Shown here piece after piece: positions 41,856-51,327 of a stretch of 64,000 nucleotides of DNA. The notes beneath the pieces are model-generated. The model searched no databases and had not been told where the DNA came from. It was given only the letters and a program-made list of their open reading frames with translations. Source of the stretch: an uncultured archaeon (GTDB taxonomy: Archaea; Thermoproteota; Bathyarchaeia; Bathyarchaeales; Bathycorpusculaceae); the NCBI GenBank assembly GCA_963810275.1, contig CAWENF010000014.1, positions 41,841-105,840 on the forward strand, read 5' to 3'. Position 1 is the first letter of the stretch. Each line of letters opens with the position of its first letter. The translations under genes and the position numbers were made by a program.

Positions 41856-43053
41856 ATGGAGTTAACACCACAAGAGCAAGCTATGCTGGACGGCAAAGAA
41901 GGCTACGCTGTCCGCAAAAGCATGCAAATCCTTGTTGCGCTGGGAGAAATCTTTGGCGCTAAAAACCTAATCGACGTTGGCAGCGTGCAAGTTGCGGGCG
42001 TCAGCTACCACAACCTCGGCGACGCAGGCTTGGAGTTTCTCAACTCGCTTGCGGCGGATGGTAAAGTCAAAGTCTTAACCACGCTTAACCCCGCAGGCAT
42101 GGACTTGGAGAACTGGCAGCAACTCGGCATCAGCCCCGACTTCGCAGACAAACAAAACCAAGTCATCGACGCTTTCGAGCGGATGGGCATCCTCATCAGT
42201 TGCACCTGCACACCCTACCTAATCGGCAACCTCCCACTCTTTGGCGAGCATGTTGCATGGTCAGAAAGCAGTGCAGTGACGTTTGCGAACTCTGTTTTGG
42301 GTGCAAGAACTAACCGTGAAGGCGGACCATCAGCGTTGGCGGCGGCATTCGTGGGCAAAACCCCCTGCTACGGCTTGCACCTCGACGAGAACCGCGTCCC
42401 CGACATCCACGTTCAAGTCAACACCCCCATGACTAAACTTTCAGACTGGGGCGCACTCGGCTACGCCATTGGCAAAAAAGCGGAAAACAAAATACTCCTA
42501 CATTACAGGAATCAAAAACGCCAGCCTCGACGAACTCAAAAGCTTCGGCGCCTCGCTGGTGACGTATGGGGCGAAGCCGCTTTTCTACATGAAAGACGTA
42601 ACCCCCAGCTGGGAAGCCCAACAGCAGCCTATAGAAACAGTTACAATCGAACAAAGCGACATCAAAGCAGCCTACGACCACATAAACGACGACGTATCAG
42701 AAATCGACTTTGTCTGCGTTGGCTGCCCTCACTGCAGCATCAAAGAGATTCAGGAAATCGCTGAGTTAATCAAAGGCAAAAAAGTCAAGGAAGGCACCGA
42801 ACTCTGGGTAGCAACGTCACGTACAGCCAAACAGCTCTCAGACAAGCGGGGCTATACGACGGTGATTGAGGCGGCGGGCGGCAAATTCGCCTGCGACACC
42901 TGCATGGCCGTGGCGCCGCTAAAAGGCAGATTCAAGGCGTTGGCAACCACTTCAGCCAAAGGGTGTTTCTACTCTCGTCAGAATTTGATGAAAACAAAGA
43001 TGGGCAGCATGAAGGAATGCGTCCAAGCAGCGGTGAATGGAAAATGGAATTGA
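41856..43053 (+). CDS. Aconitase X type II large subunit (phosphomevalonate dehydratase L), frameshift about 42496
   Basis: CTCTPY, WSESSA..FANSVLGARTNREGG, GCPHCS, DTCMAV. Confidence 0.85.
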
Positions 43054-43427
43054 AAGGCAGAATAATCTACAAAGGAAAAGCCCAAGCAGAAGCGCTCGTT
43101 ACTTCGATGCCGATTAGCTTCTACGGTGGAGTTGACCCCAACACTGGCGAAGTCATCGAGAAAGGACACGAACTCAAAGGTGTAAGCATCAAAGACAAGG
43201 TCTTGGTTTTTCCGCAGGGCAAAGGCTCAACGGTGGGTAGCTACACGTTGTATCGACTCAAGAAGAATGGCGTCGCACCCGCAGCCATGATTAATCGAGA
43301 GACAGAGACCATCGTCGCAGTCGGAGCTATCATAAGCGAAATCCCATTCGTAGACAAAATCGACACTGCCAAAATCAAGACTGGCAACAAAGTTAAAGTA
43401 GAAAACGACACCGTAACTCTCCCATAA
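43044..43427 (+). CDS. Aconitase X swivel subunit DUF126 (phosphomevalonate dehydratase S)
   Basis: ISFYGGVDP.TG, GKGSTVGSY; start at ATG 43044. Confidence 0.9.
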   Translation: MELKGRIIYKGKAQAEALVTSMPISFYGGVDPNTGEVIEKGHELKGVSIKDKVLVFPQGKGSTVGSYTLYRLKKNGVAPAAMINRETETIVAVGAIISEIPFVDKIDTAKIKTGNKVKVENDTVTLP

Positions 43428-43830
43428 ATTCTCTTACTTTTTTGTACCTTAAAACATCTTCAGAAGAAAACTAGGCGATTGACTGGGCGCAATAGAGTTG
43501 TTCGAGGCAACAAATCTTGTGATTTTAGAAAAGATAGGACTTTACATAGTCTTTGTCGTTGCAAGTTGCTACAGCGCCTGAACTTGATACAGAAGGCACG
43601 GTTTTGCTTTGTAATAGGCATTCTTTTTGAGTATAAGCCGCCTCAACCGACCCGAATTGCATCACAGACACGGCATAAAAACATTTTGCTGTGAACAATT
43701 CCTAAGAACGATGCACTCTTCTTTTGATAATTAAAAAATAAAAAACACCCTGAACCCCAGTCTTGAAACGGATACGTTTATATCTAAATCCTTAGTTTTA
43801 GTGACTGCGCAATCAAGGAAATGACGCTAT

Positions 43831-44223
43831 ATGTCTACTCACAGCAGTTTACGTAAAAGGAAACTTTCAGGCGGCAAAAAACGCGCCAATCGCACCAAAA
43901 AACTGTACGAAGCAGGCGGTTACCCAGCCGAAACCATCCTAGGCGAACCTAAACGCAAAACCAAACGCACCATGGGCGGCAACACAAAAATCAAGGTTCT
44001 AACAGAAAAATTTGCCTCAGTAACTGATCCTAAAACCGGCAAAACCGAGAAAACCCAAATCGTACGCGTAGTGAAAAATGGAGCAAACGTTGACTATAAC
44101 CGCAGAGGCGTCATCACCAAAGGCGCAGAAATCGAAACCGCCCTCGGACATGCCAAAGTCACAAGCCGACCAGGTAACGACGGCACAATTGCCGCAGTCT
44201 TAGTAGGCAAAGAAAAAGCATAA
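43831..44223 (+). CDS. rps8e: 30S ribosomal protein S8e
   Basis: RKLSGGK, RTMGGN.K, RRGVITKGAEIET, VTSRPG.DG. Confidence 0.95.
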   Translation: MSTHSSLRKRKLSGGKKRANRTKKLYEAGGYPAETILGEPKRKTKRTMGGNTKIKVLTEKFASVTDPKTGKTEKTQIVRVVKNGANVDYNRRGVITKGAEIETALGHAKVTSRPGNDGTIAAVLVGKEKA

Positions 44224-44250
44224 CTTTTTCTTAAAAAATATATTTTTTGT

Positions 44251-44568
44251 TTATCTTCTTCTAGGCTGCTCAGAAGCCTGTTGATTCTTGACTTTAATTA
44301 GATGCTTAGATAGCTTTTTGATTATGGCTTCTTTCGGCTCGTTTTTCTCAACAATCAGCATGCCGCTTTTCAGCCACGGCGCTTTAGGATAGTGTGCTTC
44401 CAAGTTGATTTCGCTTTCCAAGCCCAGTCTCTCTGCGGCTTCTTTGACTTCAGCAATTTTAGGCGACAGTACAGCTTGGCTTTTAGGGATACGACGTCCT
44501 TCCTTGCGCGTTCTGTTGATGTCAAAGTATACTGGCCAGATTATTGCTTGGTCATCTAGTTTACGCAT
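44251..44568 (-). CDS. srp19: Signal recognition particle protein SRP19
   Basis: IIWPVYFD..RTRKEGRRIP, YPKAPW. Confidence 0.92.
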   Translation of the reverse strand: MRKLDDQAIIWPVYFDINRTRKEGRRIPKSQAVLSPKIAEVKEAAERLGLESEINLEAHYPKAPWLKSGMLIVEKNEPKEAIIKKLSKHLIKVKNQQASEQPRRR

Positions 44569-44580
44569 GCTTCTGTTCTC

Positions 44581-46332
44581 CTATTTCTGTGCGAAATAAG
44601 CTGTTAACTTTTCGCCTACATCGTCTATGCGGACGAAGCCGTAGCGTTCAAACTGTATAATGTCGTCTCGCTTTAACTTTTTGCAGACAACCTCCGCGTA
44701 ACCCCATGTAACTGATGCGTCTTGTTGCACCACTTCTGTGGGGTACTCATAGCCTTTAGGTATCCATTGTATAAGCTGGACTTTTTGCTTGCGTGCGTCC
44801 TCGTATGACTCGCTGGCAAAAGTTGCTGTGACAGTTTTGTCGATTGCGGACTGGATTGTTATATTGAAGAGCTCCATAAGTCGTAAAGTCTGCCCTGTAT
44901 GAATGGCTTGGGCGTCTTTTTTGCTTATCCAGAATGATGCCATTGTGCTATTGGCTTCAGGCAATACAGCGTATTCTCTGAAACCACGATTGGGATGCTC
45001 AGGGTGCAGGGGCAATTTCGCCAAAAATGTCTTTGGCAACCCCGAAACTTTCAGGTTGACAGGTTCCGCCACGAAAAAGTAACGGTCACTGGAAGCATCC
45101 AAAACTTTGCGGTTATAAGAATTCAAGGTCTCCCAGCTAAGCGTTACGTCATTGGGTTTCACACCAACGTCAATTATGACTTTCTTAATTGCTTCAGGCG
45201 TTATGCCACGTTTTTTTAGAGCTTGAAACGTCCCCAGTCGGGGGTCATCGAAGTCCATAAATTCGCCGCCTTCAATACCCGCCACGATTTTAGATTTGGA
45301 TAAAGAGGCACCGGTGATTTTTAGCCTGCCATAATGGATAGCGTCAGGATACTCCCAGCCCAAATGCCGATACATGTACTTCTGTCGCTCCATGTTTGTG
45401 TAGTGCTCTTTACCCCTGATTATGTGAGTCATGCCCATCAGGTGGTCGTCAACGCCCGCTGCAAGGTTATACAGTGGCCACAAGAAGTATTTACTGCCCA
45501 CACGAGGATGTGGATGCGTTACAGTATCGATTACCCGTAGTGCTGGCCAGTCGCGAATGGCCGGGTTAGGATGGTTCAACTCGGTTTTGACACGCACAAC
45601 CGCTTCACCTTCGAGGTATCTGCCAGAACGCATTTTCCGCCACCTTTCCAACTGCTCGGATTGGCTGAGGCTACGGCAGCAGCAAGCTTCCTTAGCTATG
45701 ATTTTGCTGCGGAAAGCCTCAGGTTTACATTCACAAATGTAAGCATTCCCGTCGCCGACCAGTCTCTCCACAATGTCATAATAGATGTCTAAGCGATCGC
45801 TTTGGATGTACTCCTCGTCAACTTTGACGCCGAGCCATTTGAGGTCGCTTCGGATTGCGTCGTAAAATTCGAGTTTGGGCCTCTTCGTTTTGGGGTCGGT
45901 GTCTTCGAAGCGTAGTATGAATTTGCCGTTGTAGATGCGGGCGTATTCGTGGCTTAGGAGTATGGCACGAGCTGAACCCAAGTGCAGTACGCAGTCGGGG
46001 TTAGGTGAGAAGCGGGTGGTTATCTGCTTGTATTTGGAAGCGTTTGGCAATGGGGACAGCTTTTTCTCTTCGGCTTCGGGTTTTTTCTGGGTGTCTGGCC
46101 AGTATTTCTCTACAATTGCTTTCTGCTCGGACAAAGGCAACGCGTTGACTTCGGCGACAACTGCGTTGATTATAACTGAGAGTTCTTTGACTTTACTGCG
46201 GAGGTCTGCGCGTTCGCCAAGTACTTTGCCGACCATGGCACCTGCCTGAGCTTTACCGTCGTGGCTAACTGAATTTAGTAATGCTGCTTTTCTAATAAGT
46301 TCCCTTAAATCGCTGTCGTTTTCTAGTGCCAA
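44581..46332 (-). CDS. gltX: Glutamate-tRNA ligase (archaeal type)
   Basis: TRFSPNP...LHLG (HIGH), LRFEDTDP, LSKS, DDPRL.T. Confidence 0.95.
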   Translation of the reverse strand: MALENDSDLRELIRKAALLNSVSHDGKAQAGAMVGKVLGERADLRSKVKELSVIINAVVAEVNALPLSEQKAIVEKYWPDTQKKPEAEEKKLSPLPNASKYKQITTRFSPNPDCVLHLGSARAILLSHEYARIYNGKFILRFEDTDPKTKRPKLEFYDAIRSDLKWLGVKVDEEYIQSDRLDIYYDIVERLVGDGNAYICECKPEAFRSKIIAKEACCCRSLSQSEQLERWRKMRSGRYLEGEAVVRVKTELNHPNPAIRDWPALRVIDTVTHPHPRVGSKYFLWPLYNLAAGVDDHLMGMTHIIRGKEHYTNMERQKYMYRHLGWEYPDAIHYGRLKITGASLSKSKIVAGIEGGEFMDFDDPRLGTFQALKKRGITPEAIKKVIIDVGVKPNDVTLSWETLNSYNRKVLDASSDRYFFVAEPVNLKVSGLPKTFLAKLPLHPEHPNRGFREYAVLPEANSTMASFWISKKDAQAIHTGQTLRLMELFNITIQSAIDKTVTATFASESYEDARKQKVQLIQWIPKGYEYPTEVVQQDASVTWGYAEVVCKKLKRDDIIQFERYGFVRIDDVGEKLTAYFAQK

Positions 46333-46350
46333 ACTGATACGCCTACACAG

Positions 46351-47421
46351 TTATTTGTTGCGCCTAACCAAGAATTCGGCGAACGCTTTTAATTTTTCCT
46401 TAGCTTCAGGCGTTGGCAGCAATAGGTCTACGTCAGTCCAGCTGTCGGTGACCATTTTTTCAGCGACTGTTTTGACGTGTTCAAAGGCGCCGTACTTTTT
46501 GATTATGGCTATAGCTTCGTCCCGCAATGGCTGCTCGTAAGTGTGCATGGCAAGTACCTCCAGAAGCCGCTCTCTATCAAATTCAGAAGCGTTTTGAAGT
46601 GTATAGATTACGAGAAGTGAGCGTTTGCCTTCGCTAATGTCGCCGCCCACACAGCCCTTGCTCTTAGCGAACTCCTCACCAGTTAAGTCCAATATGTCAT
46701 CCTGCATTTGGAACGCAACGCCAATAGATTCAGCTAAGCTGCCCAGTTTCTCGACCAGTTTGGGTTCTGCACCTGCAACAACCGCCGCCATCTTTGCTGC
46801 CATGCGGGCCAGCGTGCCTGTTTTGTAGGCGCACATTTGCAGATAATCCTTCTCGATAAGCTGGTCAGCGTTGGCGATGCCTCTGTGCCATGCAATGTCC
46901 ATGGCTTGCCCCATACTGAGGTTAATCATTTCCTGTACATAAATCTCGTAAATGTCCCTCTGCACCTCAGCCGAAAGCTGGTCTCGGTTAACCATTATGG
47001 GCAAAAGCGGCAGGTAATACATAGCGTTGCCAACGTTGATGGCTATGTCGTTACCGTAAATTTTGTAGCTGCATGGTTTTCCCCGTCGGACTTCAGAGGA
47101 GTCCTCAATGTCGTCAACTACGAGGGTACCGTTGTGGATGACTTCTGGAATAATTGCGAAGTCAAGGCACCAATCCCCCTTTTTGCCCAGAGCTTCGCAG
47201 ATAATCAGGAATAGTGCGGGGCGCCAGCGTTTGCCGCCTCGGTCCAACATATCCCACACTGGGTCCGCTATGGCTTTGTTTAGGGGCTCAAGGTTGTAAC
47301 TGTACATAGGCGGCGTAACTTTGAATGAAACCGCTTTTTCTGTGAACTGTCTGGGTAAGTATTTTTCGATGGCTTTGTCGATTTTGGGTGCTGTTTCTTC
47401 TAGGAATTGTTCGATGTCCAT
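46351..47421 (-). CDS. idsA: Polyprenyl (geranylgeranyl) diphosphate synthase
   Basis: GGKR.RP, DDIED..RRG, FQMQDDILD, DISEGK. Confidence 0.92.
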   Translation of the reverse strand: MDIEQFLEETAPKIDKAIEKYLPRQFTEKAVSFKVTPPMYSYNLEPLNKAIADPVWDMLDRGGKRWRPALFLIICEALGKKGDWCLDFAIIPEVIHNGTLVVDDIEDSSEVRRGKPCSYKIYGNDIAINVGNAMYYLPLLPIMVNRDQLSAEVQRDIYEIYVQEMINLSMGQAMDIAWHRGIANADQLIEKDYLQMCAYKTGTLARMAAKMAAVVAGAEPKLVEKLGSLAESIGVAFQMQDDILDLTGEEFAKSKGCVGGDISEGKRSLLVIYTLQNASEFDRERLLEVLAMHTYEQPLRDEAIAIIKKYGAFEHVKTVAEKMVTDSWTDVDLLLPTPEAKEKLKAFAEFLVRRNK

Positions 47422-47422
47422 G

Positions 47423-48526
47423 TTATTGTGCTCCTCTTTTAGCGTATTTCTGCAGGTTAAAGCCTCGTGCGGTTAGCCACTCGGCGGTTTTGCTTGTGAT
47501 TACGACGGGTGATTTGGGTAAGTCTGAGATTTTTTTGACTCCTGTTAGGAACATAATGTTTCGTAGTTCCTCGATTAGGCATTTGAGGTTGGTTTGGGTT
47601 TCCGCTGCGCCTTTAACGGCTGTCTGCAAAATCGGCTGCGCAATGCTCGCTAAATCAGCGTTAAGTGCGAGTGCTTTGGCGATGTCGGCGCCGCTTCGGA
47701 TGCCGCCTGAAGCGATTAGTGGCAGTTTGACGGTCTGTGCGTTCTCAATTAAGCTTATTGCTGTGGGTATTCCCCAATCCCACAGTGCTTCGCCCAGAAA
47801 AAGCTGCACTTCACCTTGCTCTTTGGAGACCCGGTGGTACTCGACTGCTGCAAAGCTGGTTCCGCCTACTCCACCGATGTCAATGGCTTTAACTCCCGCG
47901 TTTTCCAGTGCTTTGGCGTCTTCCGCAGATATCCCTGCACCTGTTTCCTTCACGATAACAGGTACGTCAAGCGCCGAGGCGATTTCGCAGATTTTCTCCA
48001 GAACACCGTGGAAGTTGGTTTGCCCCTCAGGCTGCACTGCCTCCTGTAAGGCGTTTAGGTGGATTGCCACTGCGTCGGCGTCAATCATTTCTGCAATACA
48101 TTTGACTTCTTTGACTCCGAAGCCATGCACCAGTTGAACGCCGCCGACGTTGGCGATTAAAAAAGCGTTTGGGGCCTTTTCGCGGGCGACGCGGTAAGTG
48201 CGTTCTAAGCTGCGGTTTTCGATGGCTGCTCGTTGGCTGCCTACACCCATGCCTAAGCCGAGGTTTTCGACTGCCGTTGCGATGTGGGCGTTGATTTCTG
48301 TGGCTTCCTCAGTGCCGCCAGTCATAGCTCCAACAATTATGGGGGCAGAAAATTTTTTGCCCAAGAAATTGGTGGATACGTCGATTTCTGATTTGTTTAT
48401 TTCAGGCAAAGCGCGGTGGACTAGCTGGATGTCTTCAAAGCCAGAGGTCGCCCTCTTAGCTTGCGCTTTATCATCCAAACAAATCCTGATGTGGTCAACT
48501 TTGCGTTTGCCGGTTTCCTCAGCCAT
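47423..48526 (-). CDS. fni: Type 2 isopentenyl-diphosphate isomerase
   Basis: RKVDHI, AMTGG, GVGSQR, HLNALQE..QPEG, KETG.G, GGTSF. Confidence 0.95.
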   Translation of the reverse strand: MAEETGKRKVDHIRICLDDKAQAKRATSGFEDIQLVHRALPEINKSEIDVSTNFLGKKFSAPIIVGAMTGGTEEATEINAHIATAVENLGLGMGVGSQRAAIENRSLERTYRVAREKAPNAFLIANVGGVQLVHGFGVKEVKCIAEMIDADAVAIHLNALQEAVQPEGQTNFHGVLEKICEIASALDVPVIVKETGAGISAEDAKALENAGVKAIDIGGVGGTSFAAVEYHRVSKEQGEVQLFLGEALWDWGIPTAISLIENAQTVKLPLIASGGIRSGADIAKALALNADLASIAQPILQTAVKGAAETQTNLKCLIEELRNIMFLTGVKKISDLPKSPVVITSKTAEWLTARGFNLQKYAKRGAQ

Positions 48527-48531
48527 CGTGC

Positions 48532-49332
48532 TTACTTCTCTATTTCAGTGCCTAACACGCTTTGGTCAGTTAAGGCTCTGTAGATAGATAACTTTTTTGT
48601 GGCTCCGGTGACGGTTACGTGGACTCCAGCTTCAATTGCTGGGATTAACTCTGCGATTTTGCCGGCCATTCCGCCGGTGACGTCTGTTCCTTGTGCTTTG
48701 CCCAGTTTTGGCTGGAGGTCTTTTAGTTCTTTTAGTTTGAGTGTTTTGTATGCTTTGGCGTCAGGGTTATTTTTTGGGTCGCAGTCGAATAAGCCGTCGG
48801 TATCTACGCCGACAACGATTTTTTGTGCTTTGTATTTAAGTGCTAGGTAAGTTACGAGTTGGTCACCTGATAGAACAGTGAAGCCGAGTTTGTCGTCGAA
48901 AACCACGTCGCCATAGAGAACTGGCGTGTAGATGAGTTTTGACATTGCTTTCAGGGCAGTGTCGTCGAAGAAGTTGATTTTACCGTTTTCGGTTACGAAA
49001 CAGTTTGATGGTGCAACGCTTATTGCGGGGATTTCATGCCAAATCAACGAGTCCATTACCAGCCCGTTTAGTACGGTCATCATGTGGTGTGTTTCTGCGA
49101 AGCCGAATTTCTGTGCTGGGTCTTCTTTGTAGCCGTCTTTTATGGCGAATTTGGCTGCTTCGGGGTGACCGAAGCTTCCGCCTCCGTGGACAACGATGAG
49201 GTTGTCAAGGTCTGCCCGTTTAATTTCCTCCGCGAGTTGGTTTATGATTTCAGTTCGGGGAGTGGCTTCTTGGGTTTTGTCGGTGATGGCTGAACCGCCG
49301 AGTTTTAGTATGATTGGGTTGTCATCGTTCAT
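48532..49332 (-). CDS. ipk: Isopentenyl phosphate kinase
   Basis: LKLGGSAITDK, HGGGSFGH, P.LYGD, SGD, DVTGGM.GK. Confidence 0.92.
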   Translation of the reverse strand: MNDDNPIILKLGGSAITDKTQEATPRTEIINQLAEEIKRADLDNLIVVHGGGSFGHPEAAKFAIKDGYKEDPAQKFGFAETHHMMTVLNGLVMDSLIWHEIPAISVAPSNCFVTENGKINFFDDTALKAMSKLIYTPVLYGDVVFDDKLGFTVLSGDQLVTYLALKYKAQKIVVGVDTDGLFDCDPKNNPDAKAYKTLKLKELKDLQPKLGKAQGTDVTGGMAGKIAELIPAIEAGVHVTVTGATKKLSIYRALTDQSVLGTEIEK

Positions 49333-49877
49333 CGTGATCGTAACCTACTATCAGTATTTACGTACTGCTAATTTAACGTTGCAGTTTTCTATCTGTAACG
49401 TATGGGAGTGTGATGTTGCGAGTTGTTTTATGTGCGGCGCTCAATTTTTCATATGCATAAAAATCTTATGATTGATTTTTTTATTTTCTCTATTGGTAGA
49501 TAATGGAAGTGATTCTGTTACCAATTCTTTCTGGAGGTTATACTATTTTTTCTGTTTAGTGGCTGGTTAGTGGGAGCGACATGCTATTTGGTTGTGCTTG
49601 GTGTTAGAAACAGCTTGGAAAACCTTTTTCTCTTGTTTTTCTACCTTTAAAGTGAACATGACAGTTCCTACCGACACCAAAAGACAGATCATGCCCGTTG
49701 TTGTTTTTTGTTGCTTCGTTGTGTCGCTACGGCTGTTTCGGTGCGGCGCCATGCAGAATACGCCAAACAGGGGCGCATAGCCATCCCAGAATTAGCAACA
49801 AGCATCCGTTTGCCAGTGTTTAGCCTAATACAAGTAGCTATTGTTGCATTTACGCTAAGAAAGAATAGCAGGCTGGA

Positions 49878-50633
49878 TTATACTTGCCTAAATGTGGCTC
49901 CCTGCGATTGTTCAGATTCTTTTATCTCCGCCAATGCCTTGCGTTCTTCCTCGCCTTCTTTGCGTTCCCGCTCCGCAATGTCCTCTTTAATAGCTTCGCC
50001 AAAAATCTTGCGCAGATCTCTTTTTAGCACTGTTTGGTCTTGTGTTAACCCAAAATAGTCAGCAAAGTAATCAGTGGTTTTCAGGGCCAGCGAGCGCCCG
50101 CTTCGTTCGGTCATGATTAAACCCATGTCTTTTAAGAGTTTGACATGTCCGTAGGCATGTTGCCCGCGGACTTCGATAACGCGCTTTTGCAGAATAGGCT
50201 GGCGGTAAGCGATGTAGGAGAGCGTCTTTAGGGGACCTGATGACAGCAAAGGGCGGTTAACCAACTTTTTGATTAGCGGGGTAAATTCGGGTTTAACCTG
50301 TAACACGTACCGCTCGTCTTTAAGTGCCAAAATCTCCATAGGACTATTACGTGCTTTGTACTGTTCGGCAAGCGTTTTTGCGTAGCTGATTACTCGTTTT
50401 TTGCTTCTGCTCCCCACCGCCTGGCACATCTCATTAACGTCTAAGGGACGACCTGCAACGTATAGTGCAGCTTCAACCAAATTGAGAGCATGTTGTTTAC
50501 GTTCATTAGTTTCCACCATCAACTCCGTTGCTTCTTGGGTTTCAATCTGAGGTTTTTCAGGCACCGTCTTTGGTGGAGCCGCCTGTGTCGGTTGATTGGC
50601 TTGTTTAACCGGTTGTTCGTTAGTTTTTTGCAA
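49878..50633 (-). CDS. scpB: SMC-Scp complex subunit ScpB
   Basis: VEAALYV.G.P, LKTLSYIAYRQPI, RG, TT..F..YFGL. Confidence 0.9.
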   Translation of the reverse strand: MQKTNEQPVKQANQPTQAAPPKTVPEKPQIETQEATELMVETNERKQHALNLVEAALYVAGRPLDVNEMCQAVGSRSKKRVISYAKTLAEQYKARNSPMEILALKDERYVLQVKPEFTPLIKKLVNRPLLSSGPLKTLSYIAYRQPILQKRVIEVRGQHAYGHVKLLKDMGLIMTERSGRSLALKTTDYFADYFGLTQDQTVLKRDLRKIFGEAIKEDIAERERKEGEEERKALAEIKESEQSQGATFRQV

Positions 50634-51327
50634 CTTTTAATTTCCCCACAGCTATGTATAGTTCTTCAGTTTCCTCATTCTGCCACAGGCTAACTAAGCC
50701 ATCTTGCGCGAGGAACAATAGATAGATAAACATCCTGAGCGCCTCAATCCGCGTGGCACCCTTAGAGAGAGTGGTGAAGTCAATTATGCCTTGTCCGCCT
50801 GTCTTCTCGACAAGTATGGCGTATAGCTGGTCCACCTGAAGCTCAAGTTCAGCTATGAATTTGTCAAATTTAGGCAACAAATCTATCACCGCAGGCAAAA
50901 CGGGGTGTTGATCTACCACTGGGCGCAAGATGAGGTCTTTTTCACCTTTGAGCACGTCATCAAGGACTTCAAGTAAGTGCTGGATGGTGGTGGATGTAAG
51001 TTCATGACGCAACGGCAGAAACAGCGGTGGCGGCACAAAGTCGTTGGGTACACGAGGCACCGGACGAGGGGGTTCTTGCAAGGTAAGCAACAGCTTAGAT
51101 TTCATCAGGTAAATCAAAGCAGAAGAGTCCAATGCCACACCTGAAGCGCGAAAATCAACCTTCTCAGGGTTGGACCGCTCCATCTCCGAAAGGAAACTGC
51201 GCAGCAAATAGGCGATGTTGACGTTCCAAGGCGTGAGTTTTTCGAGTTTACTGATTTCAAAAAGGATGTTCCAGGGAGGACGCAAATAGAAAGGACGCCG
51301 CATGGGAGCCGTCGAAGTAGACGACAT
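50620..51327 (-). CDS. scpA: Kleisin ScpA
   Basis: PWNVNI..L...FL, DFR.SG.AL.SS, F..LLFLA..G.V.LWQ.E. Confidence 0.85.
   Translation of the reverse strand: MSSTSTAPMRRPFYLRPPWNILFEISKLEKLTPWNVNIAYLLRSFLSEMERSNPEKVDFRASGVALDSSALIYLMKSKLLLTLQEPPRPVPRVPNDFVPPPLFLPLRHELTSTTIQHLLEVLDDVLKGEKDLILRPVVDQHPVLPAVIDLLPKFDKFIAELELQVDQLYAILVEKTGGQGIIDFTTLSKGATRIEALRMFIYLLFLAQDGLVSLWQNEETEELYIAVGKLKVAKN

Noticed and set aside
49340-49870. AT-rich gap with 61-116 aa ORFs upstream of ipk
   Set aside because: No motifs, conflicting strands; likely promoter/terminator DNA
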